NCBI GenBank assembly: GCA_963716725.1
Contig: CAVQUB010000009.1
Location: 128,001 to 192,000, forward strand
DNA from: an uncultured delta proteobacterium
GTDB taxonomy: Bacteria; Myxococcota_A; Polyangia; Polyangiales; Polyangiaceae
Direction: 5' to 3'
DNA length: 64,000 bases
The position numbers and the translations under genes were made by a program. Positions within the stretch are counted from its first letter, which is position 1; each line of letters begins with the position of its first letter. Of the stretch, positions 19,223 through 29,858 are shown one piece after another. The notes below the pieces were generated by a model that was not told where the DNA came from, did no database searches, and was given only the letters and a program-made list of their open reading frames with translations.

Positions 19223-20665
19223 GTGTCCGTCGTCAAAGCCGAGTCTGACATCGTCGCGGGCGCTGTCCTCGCTGGGAAGTACCGCGTCGAGCGCCTGCTC
19301 GGACAGGGAGGCATGGGCGTCGTCGTCGAGGCGCGCCACACGCAGCTCGACGACCGAGTCGCGCTGAAGTTTTTGTTGCCCGAGTACAGCGCGAATCCGG
19401 ACGCGGCTGCGCGCTTTCTACGTGAAGCGCGCGCCGCGGTGAAGATCAAGAGCCCGCACGTGGCGCGGGTTTCCGATGTAGGAACCCTGGAAAACGGCGC
19501 GCCCTACATGGTGATGGAGTACCTGGAGGGCGCCGACGCCTCCCACTCGGTCGCGGCCGGGCTCCTGCTCCCGCTCACGGAGGGCGTCGACTACATCGTA
19601 CAGGCCTGTGACGCCCTGGCCGATGCCCACGCGCAAGGCATCGTGCACCGGGACATCAAGCCGGCAAATTTGTTCGTCAGTCGCCACGCGGACGGCACGC
19701 CCTTCGTCAAGGTGTTGGACTTCGGCGTCTCCAAGGTGCTCGGCGACGCCGGCGGGGTCGACAACCTGACGCGGACGAGCGCGACCATGGGCTCGGCCCT
19801 CTACATGTCGCCTGAGCAGATCCGCCAGTCAAAATCGGTAGACCGGCGCACCGACATCTACGCGCTCGGCGTCACGCTTTACGAGCTGCTCTCCGGAAGG
19901 CAGCCGTTCCTTGCCGAGAGCTTCGCGGCGCTGTGCGTCGAGGTTGCCACCGGCACGCCCACGCCGCTGCTCGAGGTGAGGCCTGATCTGCCGCCAGATT
20001 TCGTGCAAGCGCTCGCCAAAGCCTACGCCCGGGATCCCGACGCGCGCTACCAAACGGTGGCCGAGCTCGTCGTCGCGCTCGCGCCCTGGGCCCCGCCGCG
20101 GGCGCAGCCCATCATCGAGCGCATCGCGCGTGCGGGCGGGCTGATCGCGGCGCACGGGGTGCCACCGGGGCGCGGCAGCATCACCGACGTTCGCGGAGCG
20201 GTGGCTGCCCAAACGACCGCCACCGGCAGCAGCACGGGTAGCACCCACATGAACTCGGCGATCACCGGCGCAGTCATCCCTCGGAAGTCCAGCGTGGTGC
20301 CGATCGTCGCCGTCCTCGGGGGCATTGTCGCGTTCGCGGCCCTCGGTGTGGGGGCATTGGTCTTCGCAAAGGGTCGCGCCGTGCACGTGGAGGCACCTGC
20401 CGCAAGTGAGAGCGCCGAGCAGCCCGCGCCATCGATGTCGACGAGCGTCGCTGCTCCCGCCTCGACCCCGGAAGCCTCTGCCGAGCCCGTGCCAGGACCC
20501 GCGCCGTCCGCCGCGGTGACGCCAAAGGTCGAGCACCCGACAACGCCCAAGATCGCCGTGGCCAACAAGCCGCCAACGGTCGCAGTCAAGCCACAGCCAA
20601 AGCCGGAAGTTCCACCCACCCCGACGGCCACCAAGCCCCCCACCAACGTCGAAGGCATGCGCTGA
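19223..20665 (+). CDS. Membrane Ser/Thr protein kinase
   Basis: GQGGMGVV, VALK, HRDIKPAN, DFG and YMSPEQ, then a TM and a Pro-rich C-tail. The start is approximate. Confidence 0.95.
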   Translation: MSVVKAESDIVAGAVLAGKYRVERLLGQGGMGVVVEARHTQLDDRVALKFLLPEYSANPDAAARFLREARAAVKIKSPHVARVSDVGTLENGAPYMVMEYLEGADASHSVAAGLLLPLTEGVDYIVQACDALADAHAQGIVHRDIKPANLFVSRHADGTPFVKVLDFGVSKVLGDAGGVDNLTRTSATMGSALYMSPEQIRQSKSVDRRTDIYALGVTLYELLSGRQPFLAESFAALCVEVATGTPTPLLEVRPDLPPDFVQALAKAYARDPDARYQTVAELVVALAPWAPPRAQPIIERIARAGGLIAAHGVPPGRGSITDVRGAVAAQTTATGSSTGSTHMNSAITGAVIPRKSSVVPIVAVLGGIVAFAALGVGALVFAKGRAVHVEAPAASESAEQPAPSMSTSVAAPASTPEASAEPVPGPAPSAAVTPKVEHPTTPKIAVANKPPTVAVKPQPKPEVPPTPTATKPPTNVEGMR

Positions 20666-20666
20666 A

Positions 20667-21707
20667 ATGATCCTGAAGAGCCGATTCGCCGCCGCAGGTC
20701 TGTCCGCCCTCTTCCTACTCGCGCCTTGCATGGCCCGAGCCGGTGACAAGGCGCTGGCGGAGTCGCTGTTCCAGGAAGGCCGCAAGCTGCTCGACGCCGG
20801 CAAGCCTGCCGACGCCTGCGGCAAGTTCGCGGCGAGTCAGCGCCAGGATCCGTCGCCGGGCACGCTGATCAACCTCGGCAAGTGCAATGAAGCGCAGGGC
20901 AAGACCGCGACGGCGTGGGCCGCGTACAAAGAGGCGGAGTCCCTCGCCCGAAACATGAATCGTGCTGAGCAGGAGAAGCTCGCGTCAGAGCGCGCAAGCG
21001 AGCTCGAGGGCAAGCTCTCGCGCCTCACGGTCAACGCGCCTCCGGGGGAGATCCCCGGGCTGATCGTGCGCCGTGGCGGCACGACGCTCTCGAGCGAGTC
21101 GCTGGGTGTCGCCGCTCCGGTCGATCCCGGAGAGGTGGAAGTCGAGGCCAGCGCGCCTGGCCATGAGACCTGGAAGGGCAAGGTCACGGTTGGCAAGGCC
21201 AACGACAACGCTTCGATAGCGATCCCCTCGCTCGTGGAGTCGGGCGCCGCCGCGCCCGCGCTCGCACCAATCGATGGCGCAGCGCCCGCGCCCGCGGCTT
21301 CGCCCACCCCCGCGGGCGGCGACGTGACGGCCGACACCGGCAAGAGCTCACCGACCCTGGGCTACGTGCTGACCGGCGTCGGTGGTGCGGCGCTGGTCGT
21401 GGGTGGTGTGTTTGGGTACCTCGCGAGCCAGCAGGCCAGCGACGCAAAAGACGACCCGGCGCTGTGCCCGGACAAGAAGTGCACGGCGGAGGGCCGCGAT
21501 GAAATCGATGCCGCCGAGGGCAAGGCCCTGATCTCCACCATCGGAGTGGGCGCGGGGCTCGCGGCGGTCGGCGTAGGCGTCGTCTTGATCTTGACCAGCG
21601 GCGGCTCTGCGGCGAGCAAGGCTCGGGCCGCTGCGCCACGGCAAGCGCGCTTCATCCCCATCGTCTCACCATCGGGCGGCGGCTTCGCCCTCGGCGGAGC
21701 GTTCTGA
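20667..21707 (+). CDS. Exported TPR + PEGA-like protein with C-terminal hydrophobic hairpin
   Basis: AESLFQEGRKLL...GTLINLGKC TPR helices, 'PVDPGE', CPDKKC loop and a C-terminus FALGGAF. It starts 1 nt after the kinase stop. Confidence 0.85.
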   Translation: MILKSRFAAAGLSALFLLAPCMARAGDKALAESLFQEGRKLLDAGKPADACGKFAASQRQDPSPGTLINLGKCNEAQGKTATAWAAYKEAESLARNMNRAEQEKLASERASELEGKLSRLTVNAPPGEIPGLIVRRGGTTLSSESLGVAAPVDPGEVEVEASAPGHETWKGKVTVGKANDNASIAIPSLVESGAAAPALAPIDGAAPAPAASPTPAGGDVTADTGKSSPTLGYVLTGVGGAALVVGGVFGYLASQQASDAKDDPALCPDKKCTAEGRDEIDAAEGKALISTIGVGAGLAAVGVGVVLILTSGGSAASKARAAAPRQARFIPIVSPSGGGFALGGAF

Positions 21708-21723
21708 GTCGGCTCGCTTTACG

Positions 21724-23223
21724 TCAAGGACCGCAGGTCAGCAGCAGCGCTCTCACGCTGGTCTGGGCGCCACTCTTCTGGACCCAGGCCACGGCGTCGT
21801 AGGCGCCGACTTGCACGGCCACCGCGTTCAGCACCTCGTCGTTTGCCGTGGCTTGGTACACCACCGTGTCGAACAGGTTGATCGTCCCCTCGCGCGTTGA
21901 ATGGGTCAGGTACACCGCCCCTGCGCCATCCGTGCGCGCCGCCACGATGCTGTCTCCATCGACCACCCTGCGATGAAACATGCCGAAGTTCGGCGCGTTG
22001 GACTTGGTGCCGACGGCAGCGAGCCCGGTCGGCGGGCTCTTGATGAGATTCCCGTAGCCGCTCGTCTGGACGGCCCCCGCGTAGATGGTACTCGCCCCCG
22101 ATGATTGGGTGCCGGTGACCGCGAGCGCGATTCCATCCGATGCATTCGCTCGGGGCACCGCGAACAAATGCATCGAGGAGCCCGAGGACACCTTCAGCTG
22201 CTGCTCCTGCGCAAGTTCGAGCGCCGTCGAACCGAAACGGAAGTGGCCGCTCTTGAACCCGATGAAGTGGACGTTGTTCGCAACGGCGTACACCACCGGC
22301 GTGATCCGATCGATATCGCCCGCGCTCGTTTGAGCTAGCTCGGTCACGATGGTCCCAAGGGTCGCGAACAGGTACAGCGGCGATCCCGACTTCTTACAGG
22401 TGAATACCGGCCTGCCGCCCGAGCCGGGCTCGATCGAGTACGCTGCGGCAGTCACCGTTCCGCCTGAGCATTCCGTGGGGAGCTGAATTGCTGTGTGAGG
22501 TGACGGCGCCGGGATGACGCCACTAGCGTTCAGGTCGAATTGGAGGCGCGAAAGTGTTGCGCCGCGAGTGCCCCAGAACACGACCTGGGTTGCGTCCGGG
22601 AGGTTGCCGCTCAGGTACTTCACCGGCTCGGCATCCGTGTACTTGGCCAAGTTGCCGATCGGTGTGGTCAGGTTGTTGCGCACGCTGCGGACCAAGAACT
22701 GGAAGTCGGCAGAGCTGGCCGAGATGCCTACGTGTCCGAACCCGACGCCCGCGATGGCCACGAGGGTGTTCGCCTCGACCTGGTAGGTCGCAAAGTCGGC
22801 CGGCGTGATCAGGTTCACTATCGGGCCCTTCGAGCAGCTCCACGGGGTCGCTCCGGCCGTGCCTCCGGTGCCGCCGGTCGTTCCTCCGGTGCCGCCGGTC
22901 GTTCCTCCGGTGCCGCCGGTCGTTCCTCCGGTGCCGCCGGTCGTTCCTCCGGTGCCGCCGGTCGTTCCTCCGGTGCCGCCGGTCGTTCCTCCGGTGCCGC
23001 CGGTCGTGCCACCGCTGCCGCCGGTCGTTCCACCGCTGCCGCCGGTCGTGCCTCCGGTGCCGCCGGTCGTGCCACCGCTGCCGCCGGTCGTGCCACCGCT
23101 GCCGCCCGTGCCGCCACCACCCGCGCTCCCACCGGTCGCCGGACTGTCCTTGAAGTCATCGAGCCCAAGGATCGAACTGCACCCGAACAGCGAGAGAGCG
23201 AGAGCCAAGGACAGAGGTCGCAT
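21724..23223 (-). CDS. Lipoprotein with (GGTGGTT)n tether and beta-rich domain
   Basis: Lipobox LFGC followed by SSILGLDDF and a long Gly/Thr repeat. Confidence 0.75.
   Translation of the reverse strand: MRPLSLALALSLFGCSSILGLDDFKDSPATGGSAGGGGTGGSGGTTGGSGGTTGGTGGTTGGSGGTTGGSGGTTGGTGGTTGGTGGTTGGTGGTTGGTGGTTGGTGGTTGGTGGTTGGTGGTAGATPWSCSKGPIVNLITPADFATYQVEANTLVAIAGVGFGHVGISASSADFQFLVRSVRNNLTTPIGNLAKYTDAEPVKYLSGNLPDATQVVFWGTRGATLSRLQFDLNASGVIPAPSPHTAIQLPTECSGGTVTAAAYSIEPGSGGRPVFTCKKSGSPLYLFATLGTIVTELAQTSAGDIDRITPVVYAVANNVHFIGFKSGHFRFGSTALELAQEQQLKVSSGSSMHLFAVPRANASDGIALAVTGTQSSGASTIYAGAVQTSGYGNLIKSPPTGLAAVGTKSNAPNFGMFHRRVVDGDSIVAARTDGAGAVYLTHSTREGTINLFDTVVYQATANDEVLNAVAVQVGAYDAVAWVQKSGAQTSVRALLLTCGP
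22857..23112 (-). repeat. 21-bp coding tandem repeat (GGTGGTT/GGSGGTT)
   Basis: About 12 copies of a unit like cctccggtgccgccggtcgtt. Confidence 0.9.
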
Positions 23224-23280
23224 CGACGCTGATTATCCACCGCACCCGAGCCGCGGAGCAAGCGACGCCGTCCCCTCCCC

Positions 23281-24528
23281 TCAAAGCTGCTTCGGCACGC
23301 CCCGGCGCTTGGCGTAGTCGTCCCCGTGATTCTGTTCGGGTTCGTCCCCGAATCCCATGTTGATGATCGCGGTCCAAGGCAACACGCCGTCCTCGGCATG
23401 GTTGACGAGTCCGATCTGCACGCCGCGCAGGCGCTTGGCGTGGTTGAACAGGCCGATCTGCACGCCCTTGGCTTCTTCCGCGATGTTGGCCAGGCCGATC
23501 TGGGCGCCGTGGATCGACTTGGCGTAGTTGGCCGCGACGCCGAGCTGCAGGCCGCGGTGGCCCTCGAACGCCAGAGCGCCGGCGCCGATCTGCGCGCCGT
23601 AGGAGCGCTCGCTCACGGTGAGCACGCCGATCTGAGCGAGTCCTCGGAATTCCTCGGCGCCAGCTGCCAGCACGCCGATCTGCAGACCGCCCGCAAAGTC
23701 GTGGCTGTAGCTCGCAGCGCCCAGCTGCGCGACGCCGCGGAACTTGCCCGCGCTGTTGACCACGCCCGCTTGCGCGATGCCGGCGAAGCGCGCGTCGTCC
23801 TGCTCGTCACCGAAGAGGTCCTCGCCTTGGGCGTTGAACGCTCCGATCTGCGCGAAGCCCGTGAAGTCCCCCCGCGAGTGGTTGAAGGCGCCGAGCTGCA
23901 TCAGGCCGCCGAAGGCGCGATCGGTGCGGTTGTAGCCACCGAGCTGCAGCGCGCCGTGGAACTCCTTGGCGCGGTTGTAACCCGCAAACTGCAGCAGCGC
24001 GGCGGTCTCGAGCGTGCGGTTGTAGCCGAGGGCGATCTGACCCACGCCAGTGAAGCTCTTGGCGCGGTTCTCGCCGAGGCCGATCTGCGCGATGCCGCCG
24101 AACTCGTGGGAGAGGTTGCGGCCCAGGGCCAGCTGCAAGCCTCCGTAGTGCGAGCCCGCGTCGTTGCGGATCAGCGACAGCGACAGCCCGCCGTAGAAGC
24201 GCTCGATGCGCTCGTGGGCGAGGGCGAAGGCCGCGACGCCACCGAAGGTGCCCAGGTGCGGACGCACGCCGGCGTGCAGCAGGTACCAGTCGCCGGGCGG
24301 AGTCGTCGCCACCTGGGGCGGCGATCCGGGGCGCCGCTCGTGGCCGAGCTGTGGAGGGTGTTCGACGAGGTCGCCGTCGGCGCTCACCAGTTCTTGGGCC
24401 GCGGGGGACTCTGACCGCGCGGGCCGGGTCCCAATGTCTTCGTCGGGAGGAGCGTTGGGGGGGGAGGCCAGAGCTATCGGGGCCGTCGAGACGGAAGCGA
24501 GGGCGAGCAGAAGCGAATGAATGCGCAT
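23281..24528 (-). CDS. Exported beta-solenoid repeat protein (G-x-Q-x-G-x-x-N repeats, LA_2272-like)
   Basis: Signal peptide and many roughly 15-aa repeats such as GVQIGLFN, GAQIGLAN and GLMQLGAFN. Confidence 0.8.
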   Translation of the reverse strand: MRIHSLLLALASVSTAPIALASPPNAPPDEDIGTRPARSESPAAQELVSADGDLVEHPPQLGHERRPGSPPQVATTPPGDWYLLHAGVRPHLGTFGGVAAFALAHERIERFYGGLSLSLIRNDAGSHYGGLQLALGRNLSHEFGGIAQIGLGENRAKSFTGVGQIALGYNRTLETAALLQFAGYNRAKEFHGALQLGGYNRTDRAFGGLMQLGAFNHSRGDFTGFAQIGAFNAQGEDLFGDEQDDARFAGIAQAGVVNSAGKFRGVAQLGAASYSHDFAGGLQIGVLAAGAEEFRGLAQIGVLTVSERSYGAQIGAGALAFEGHRGLQLGVAANYAKSIHGAQIGLANIAEEAKGVQIGLFNHAKRLRGVQIGLVNHAEDGVLPWTAIINMGFGDEPEQNHGDDYAKRRGVPKQL

Positions 24529-24610
24529 GACGGCCCGAGAACGTCCGGGCGCGGGTCGCGCTTACACGGAGGGGCTGGGTCTCGAGCGTAGCGGTGCTAT
24601 CTTCTTGGCC

Positions 24611-24835
24611 ATGGACGCCCTCAAGGCCCACGTCGTGAACGGGCAAATCGTGCTCGACGAGCCGGTCGAGCTTGCAGACGGCGCCGAGCTGCTGGTCTTT
24701 CCAATCGTCGGCGAAATGAGTGACGATGAACGTGCCGAGCTGGAGCACGCCATCGACGAAGCTGAGAAGGATTTCGAGCAGGGTGAGTTCGAAGACGCGC
24801 GACAGTTCGGAATTCGTCTCTTGGCTGGCGCGTGA
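24611..24835 (+). CDS. Putative type II antitoxin (74 aa)
   Basis: MDALKAHVVNGQIVLDEPVELADG swapped-hairpin-like N-terminus and an acidic C-terminus. Its stop overlaps the toxin-like start (GTGA). Confidence 0.65.
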   Translation: MDALKAHVVNGQIVLDEPVELADGAELLVFPIVGEMSDDERAELEHAIDEAEKDFEQGEFEDARQFGIRLLAGA

Positions 24836-24954
24836 AGGTCTTCATCTCGAAGCGCGCGGCGCTGGCCGCGACGCGCATCAATGCCCGTTGGCGCGCGAAC
24901 GCCGATCAAGCAGACACCTTCGCGGGACGCCGCCGGCGCGAACCCGAGCTCTAG
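24832..24954 (+). pseudogene. Truncated ParE/RelE-like toxin (40 codons)
   Basis: MKVFISKRAALAATRINARWRANADQADTFA resembles a ParE N-terminus. It ends at the 3' end of the convergent MMPL gene. Confidence 0.55.
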
Positions 24955-27463
24955 GGATCTCGCGCCGCCGCCCGCCGCCGCATCGCGAACAAAAACGCCG
25001 GCAAGAACAGCACTGCGGCCAGCACGCAGATCACCTCTCCCACCGCCGCGGCGAGGCCGAAGCTCACGATGCCGCGGTTGATGGACAGCATCAGCGCGAG
25101 GTAGCCGATGGTGGTGGTCAGCGAACAGAGCACGACGGCGCCACCCGTCTCCGTGACGACGCTGTAGAGCTTGTCGGGCCCCTCGGCGCGGTAGCGCTGC
25201 ATCAGGTTGTGGGCGTACTCCGCGGCGATGCCGATGGTGATGGGCAGCGTGACGAAGTTCAGGAAGTTGAGCTTGATGTCTTTCAAGAACATGAACGCGA
25301 GCAGGCCCGCGACGCCGAGCAGCCAGGGCAAGAAGACGCCGAAGGCCGCGCGCTGAAAGCCGAAGGCGATCAGGATCACGATCACCGAACCGATGGCCGA
25401 GACGGAGATGGCCTTGGGAGCGTCCTCGCCCACGGTCTTGATCATGTCGGCGAAGATCACCGCTCGCCCGGATCCCTGGATCACCTCGCCGGTCGGCAGC
25501 GGGATCTCCCGGAAGCTGTCGGCCCAACGCAGGAGGTACTTCGCGTCCCAGACGCTCTCGCCACTCTTGGGCACGATGAACACGATGTTGCCGCGGGTGC
25601 CGTCCTTCTCGGTGAACGATCGTGCGACCTGCTCGGGCAGGTCGGCGATGCCGATGGGTCGGATCTCGCCCTTCGGCATGTGCTTCTGGAGGCGCTCCCA
25701 GTCCGCGTCGTTGATCACGTCACGCTTGCGCGCGCGCTCGAGGCGGTCCCGGATGGTCTCGATCAGTGGGAGCTTCTCGGCCTGTCGATCGGGCAAGATC
25801 GAGAAGATGGTGACGACCTTCTCGAAGGGCTTCTCTTTTCCGGGGCGGCCGCCAGGCGCTTGTCGAGCTCGGCCTTGAGCAGCGGCACCTGGTCGACGCG
25901 CGAGGTCATGACGGCCATGCCGTCTTGGCCCAGGCGCCCAACCACGCGGTCCACCTTCTTGGAGAGCTCACCGGCGGCGGTGCGGTCCTTGCGGACGTTG
26001 CGCACGTTCGCCATGTCGTACTCCATGGGATCGCGGGCCAGGTAGAGCGCGGCGAGCGCCACCGAGGCGATGCCCAAGGCGACGCCGATCAGGCTGAGCG
26101 TGCGGGGCGCGAGCCGGGAGAGCTTGGCGAAGGCCACGCCGTAGTAACCACGGACCTTGCTGGGCCCCTTGGTCACCTCGGCCGGCTTGAACATCGGCTT
26201 GACGCCCTCGCTGGCGGCGATCACGGCGGGCATGAACAGGTAGGTGACGACCCAGCACAGGAGCATGCCGTAGCCGCCGATGATCCCGAAGTGCTTGAAG
26301 CCGCGAAAATCCGTGACGATCAGCGAGCCGTAGGCGAGACAGGCCGTCGCCGCCGCCGAGAGCGTCGGCACCCACGAGTCGCGCAGCGCGGCCTGGGTGG
26401 CCTCGGGCACGTCCATGCCCTGATCCCGGCGCGCCTCGATGTAGCGCGCCATGTACATGATGCTGTAGTTGATGCCGTTGCCCGCGATGATGCTGACCAG
26501 AAAGCCCGTCGAGCTGTTCAGGTAGCCGATGGTGAAGCGCGTGAGCCCGAAGGTCCAAGCCAGGGCCACCAGCACCACCGAGCCGATGACCATCACGGTG
26601 CGGAGCCGCAGGAAGAACAGGAGCACGCTGACCAACACCCCGCCGACGCCCCAAACGCCGACGTGACTCAGGTCATTGATGATGGCGTCGTACTCCTCGC
26701 CGCCGGTGATGATGTCGCCGGTGTAGCGGACCTCCATGGTCGGATCGAGGCCGGTCGGGTTCGTCTCGGCCACCACCTGGGCGACCGCGGCCTTGAGCTC
26801 GGCCGTCGCCTGCTTGCCCGACACCGGGGTGCGCACCAGCACCGCGACGTGGGTGCCCTCGGCGTTCATGTAGTAGCCGTCGGGGTGCGGCGGGCTGTCC
26901 CTGGACGGCGCGGCCTCCTTCTTCTTCGGAGTCAGCCGGCGCTCGATGTCATCCGCGGTCAGCGGCGGCGGCGCCTCGCTCTCGTCTTCGTCGAGGAGCG
27001 TGCCTTGCTTCTTCGCGATCTCGTAGTCGTAGCGCTCGACGACCTCGTCGTGGGCCTTCTTCAAGTCGTCGTACTGGGCGTAGAAGAGTTTGTTCTTCTC
27101 GAAGAAGGCCTGGGCGTCTTGCACGCCGAAGTCCACGGCGCCGACGCGATCGGGGCCGATGGCCTTGAGGCGCGGCACGACCTGGTCGACGAAGCGCTTC
27201 AGGGCTTCAGGGTTCGATTTCGGAACCTCGGCGACGATGGACAGCGTCGACGCCCCGGCCAGCCGCTTCGAGACCCGATGCATCTCGATCACGCTGGGTT
27301 TGTTGTCGGGCAAGAGCTCGGCGAAGTCGGCCTTGAAGCCCAGGCCCTTCGCGGACCACGCCGCCGGCACGAGGCTCAGCAGGGCGATCGCGATGAACAG
27401 CCAGGGGCGCCGGGTCTGAAGCTCGCCGAGGCGTCTGAGAATGGTCGGGAAGCGGTGAGTCAT
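24951..27463 (-). CDS. MMPL/RND-family lipid transporter (frameshift near 25840)
   Basis: Two sets of TM helices (SIIAGNGINYSI; PITIGIAAEYAHNL, LTTTIGYLAL), split into ORFs 25763-27484 and 24951-25796 by one indel. Confidence 0.85.
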
Positions 27464-27573
27464 CCGAGCGCCCGAGTTCCCCAATACCAGAACCTCGGCC
27501 GTGGCCGGGGAATTCTCGCGATTTCCGCCTCTCCGAGCCCCGGCCGAGCTGTGCTAAGACGCAACTCTCCACC

Positions 27574-29200
27574 GTGTTCGAAGCACTGACCAAAGGCTTC
27601 CGAGAGGCCAAGAACCGTCTCGCTGGGCTCGCCGAGCTGAGCGAGAACAACATCAAACCCGCGCTTGCCGAGGTGCGCCTGTCGCTGCTGGAGGCGGACG
27701 TCGAAATCGGCGTCGTGAAGCGCTTCCTCGCGCGCGTCGAGCAGAAGGCCGTCGGCCAGACCGTGCAGACGCGGGTCAAACACGGCGGCGAGACCCACAA
27801 GGTCGGCGCCGAAGAGCAGTTCGTCAAGATCTGCCACGACGAGCTGATCGAGATGATGGGCAGCGCCGACGAGCCCGTCATCTGGTCGGACAAGGGTCGC
27901 ACCGCGGTGATGATGGTCGGCCTCCAGGGCTCCGGCAAGACCACCACCGCCGCCAAGCTCGCCCGCTGGTTCGACAAGCAACGACAAGAAGCCGCTGCTG
28001 GTGGCGGCCGACATGCAGCGCCCCGCCGCCGTCGAGCAGCTCAAGGTGCTCGGCGATCAGCTCGGCGTGCCGGTCTTCAACATCGCAGGCGAGACGCCCC
28101 TCGAGATCTGCCGCCAGGCCGAGGCCGAGGCGAAGAAGCTCGGCCGCGACGTCATCATCTACGACACCGCCGGCCGCCTCGCCATCGACGAGCCGCTGAT
28201 GGAGGAGCTCGCCGACATCAAGAGCGCGGTCGGCCCGCAGAACATCTTCCTGGTCATCGACGCGATGATCGGCCAGGACGCGGTGCAGACCGCCAAGAGC
28301 TTCAACGAGCGGCTCGGCATCACCGGCGTCGTGCTGACCAAGCTCGACGGCGACGCTCGCGGCGGCGCTGCGCTCAGCGTGCGCGAGGTCACCGGCGCGC
28401 CCATCGTCTTCACCGGCGTCGGCGAGACCCTGGACAAACTCGAGCCCTTCCGCGCCGAAGGCATGGCGAGCCGCGTGCTCGGCATGGGCGACGTGGTCGG
28501 CCTGATCCAGGACTTCGAGGAGGTCGTCGATCAGAAGAAGGCCGAAGAAGACGCCCTGCGCATGATGCAGGGCGAGTTCACCCTCGAGGACTTCCTGAAC
28601 CAGGTTCGGATGATCCAGCAGATGGGCTCGCTCAAGGATCTGGTCGAGAAGATCCCGGGCATGGGCGGCATGATCCCGCCGGGGACCAACCTGGACGACA
28701 AGGAGCTGATCCGCATCGAGGCGATGATCCAGTCGATGACGCCTCAGGAGCGCAAGGATCCGCACACGCTGATCCGCGAGCCCAGCCGCGTGAAGCGCAT
28801 CGCCAAAGGGTCTGCCCAACCGGAGCAAGGCGTCACCGAGCTGATCCAGAAGTTCCTGTTCATGAAGCAGATGATGGGCGGCATGGGCGGCATGGGCGAC
28901 ATGGGCATGCTCGGCCGCATCCCTGGCATGAAGAACATCGCCGCCGCGCGCCAGCTCAAGAAGGCGATGAAGGGCGGCGGCATGCCCGGAATGCCCGGCA
29001 TGGGAATGCCCGGTATGGGTTTCCCTGGAATGCCCGGCATGGGAATGCCCGGCATGGGAATGCCCGGTATGGGAATGCCCGGTATGGGAATGCCCGAGGC
29101 GCCGAAGATGCGTCAGCTGAGCAAGACCGAGAAGAACGCGAAGAAGTCGGACCGCAAGCGCGAGCGCGCGGCGCGCAAGAAGAACAAGGGAAAGAAGTGA
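27574..29200 (+). CDS. ffh: Signal recognition particle protein (frameshift near 27980)
   Basis: LLEADV, GLQGSGKTTTAAKLA, then after a frame change AADMQRPAAVEQL, DTAGRL, TKLDGDARGGAALS and RVLGMGD. Confidence 0.95.
28981..29096 (+). repeat. 15-bp coding repeat (MPGMG)n at the Ffh C-terminus
   Basis: Repeated atgcccgg(c/t)atggga. Confidence 0.85.
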
Positions 29201-29844
29201 TGACTCTGTCGCGACTGGGTCTTTGGGCCGCCGTTCCGCTCTTGGCGCTGGGCTGTGCCAAGGCGTCTCCAGAGCAGGATCCGGCGAGCATCGACACCAA
29301 CCTCGCGCAGTACGTGCTCGACGAGGTGCCGGGCGATCTGAAGAACCCCACCTTCATCGATTTCGAAGGTCGCGTGCAGATCATCGGCTGGGATCTCGAG
29401 CCCAAGGGCGTCGTGGGCCCCGGCCAACAGATGAGGCTCACCCTCTACTGGAAGACCACGGGACAGCTCGGCAAGGGCTGGAGCCTGTTCACCCACCTGG
29501 TCGCTCCCGGCGGCGTGCGCAAGGACTCGAACGTGAACGGTGTGGCGCTGGACGACCTGGGCCCGCTGCGCACGCGCAACGGCCCCGGCGCGTCCCAAGC
29601 CCTGCCGCCCAGCGCTTGGCGACCGGGCAAGATCTACGTGGACGTGCAGGACATCGCCATGCCACGCGATCTCACGGCGCCGGAGGTGAGCATCGTGGTC
29701 GGTGTCTGGAAGGGCCAGACCCGCCTCGACGTGATCAGCGGGAGCGCCGATCGCGAGCGCCGCGCCATCATCACCAACGTTCGGACCGGAGTCGTGCCGA
29801 CGCCCCGAGCCAAGCGCGCCGACCGGCCGCAGCAGAAATCTTGA
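29200..29844 (+). CDS. Lipoprotein with an Ig-like domain
   Basis: Lipobox ALGC and LTLYW...WSLFTH...W.PGKIYVD. It is translationally coupled to ffh (TGATG). Confidence 0.75.
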   Translation: MTLSRLGLWAAVPLLALGCAKASPEQDPASIDTNLAQYVLDEVPGDLKNPTFIDFEGRVQIIGWDLEPKGVVGPGQQMRLTLYWKTTGQLGKGWSLFTHLVAPGGVRKDSNVNGVALDDLGPLRTRNGPGASQALPPSAWRPGKIYVDVQDIAMPRDLTAPEVSIVVGVWKGQTRLDVISGSADRERRAIITNVRTGVVPTPRAKRADRPQQKS

Positions 29845-29858
29845 ACGGGAGACAGCGC

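Noticed and set aside
22857..23112. Tandem repeats as a possible CRISPR array
   Set aside because: The units are contiguous with no unique spacers, are multiples of 3 and encode Gly-rich linkers. No cas genes are present.
27464..27573. SRP RNA or riboswitch in the MMPL/ffh intergenic region
   Set aside because: Only short GC-rich inverted repeats are present and I could not see the SRP domain IV motif. It is more likely a divergent promoter region.
27960..28000. Programmed frameshift in ffh
   Set aside because: There is no clear slippery heptamer or stimulatory structure, and similar single indels occur in several unrelated genes.
27574..29844. 756-aa Ffh-lipoprotein fusion suggested by the ORF track
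   Set aside because: It arises from the ffh frameshift reading through into the next gene's frame. The middle portion is junk translation.
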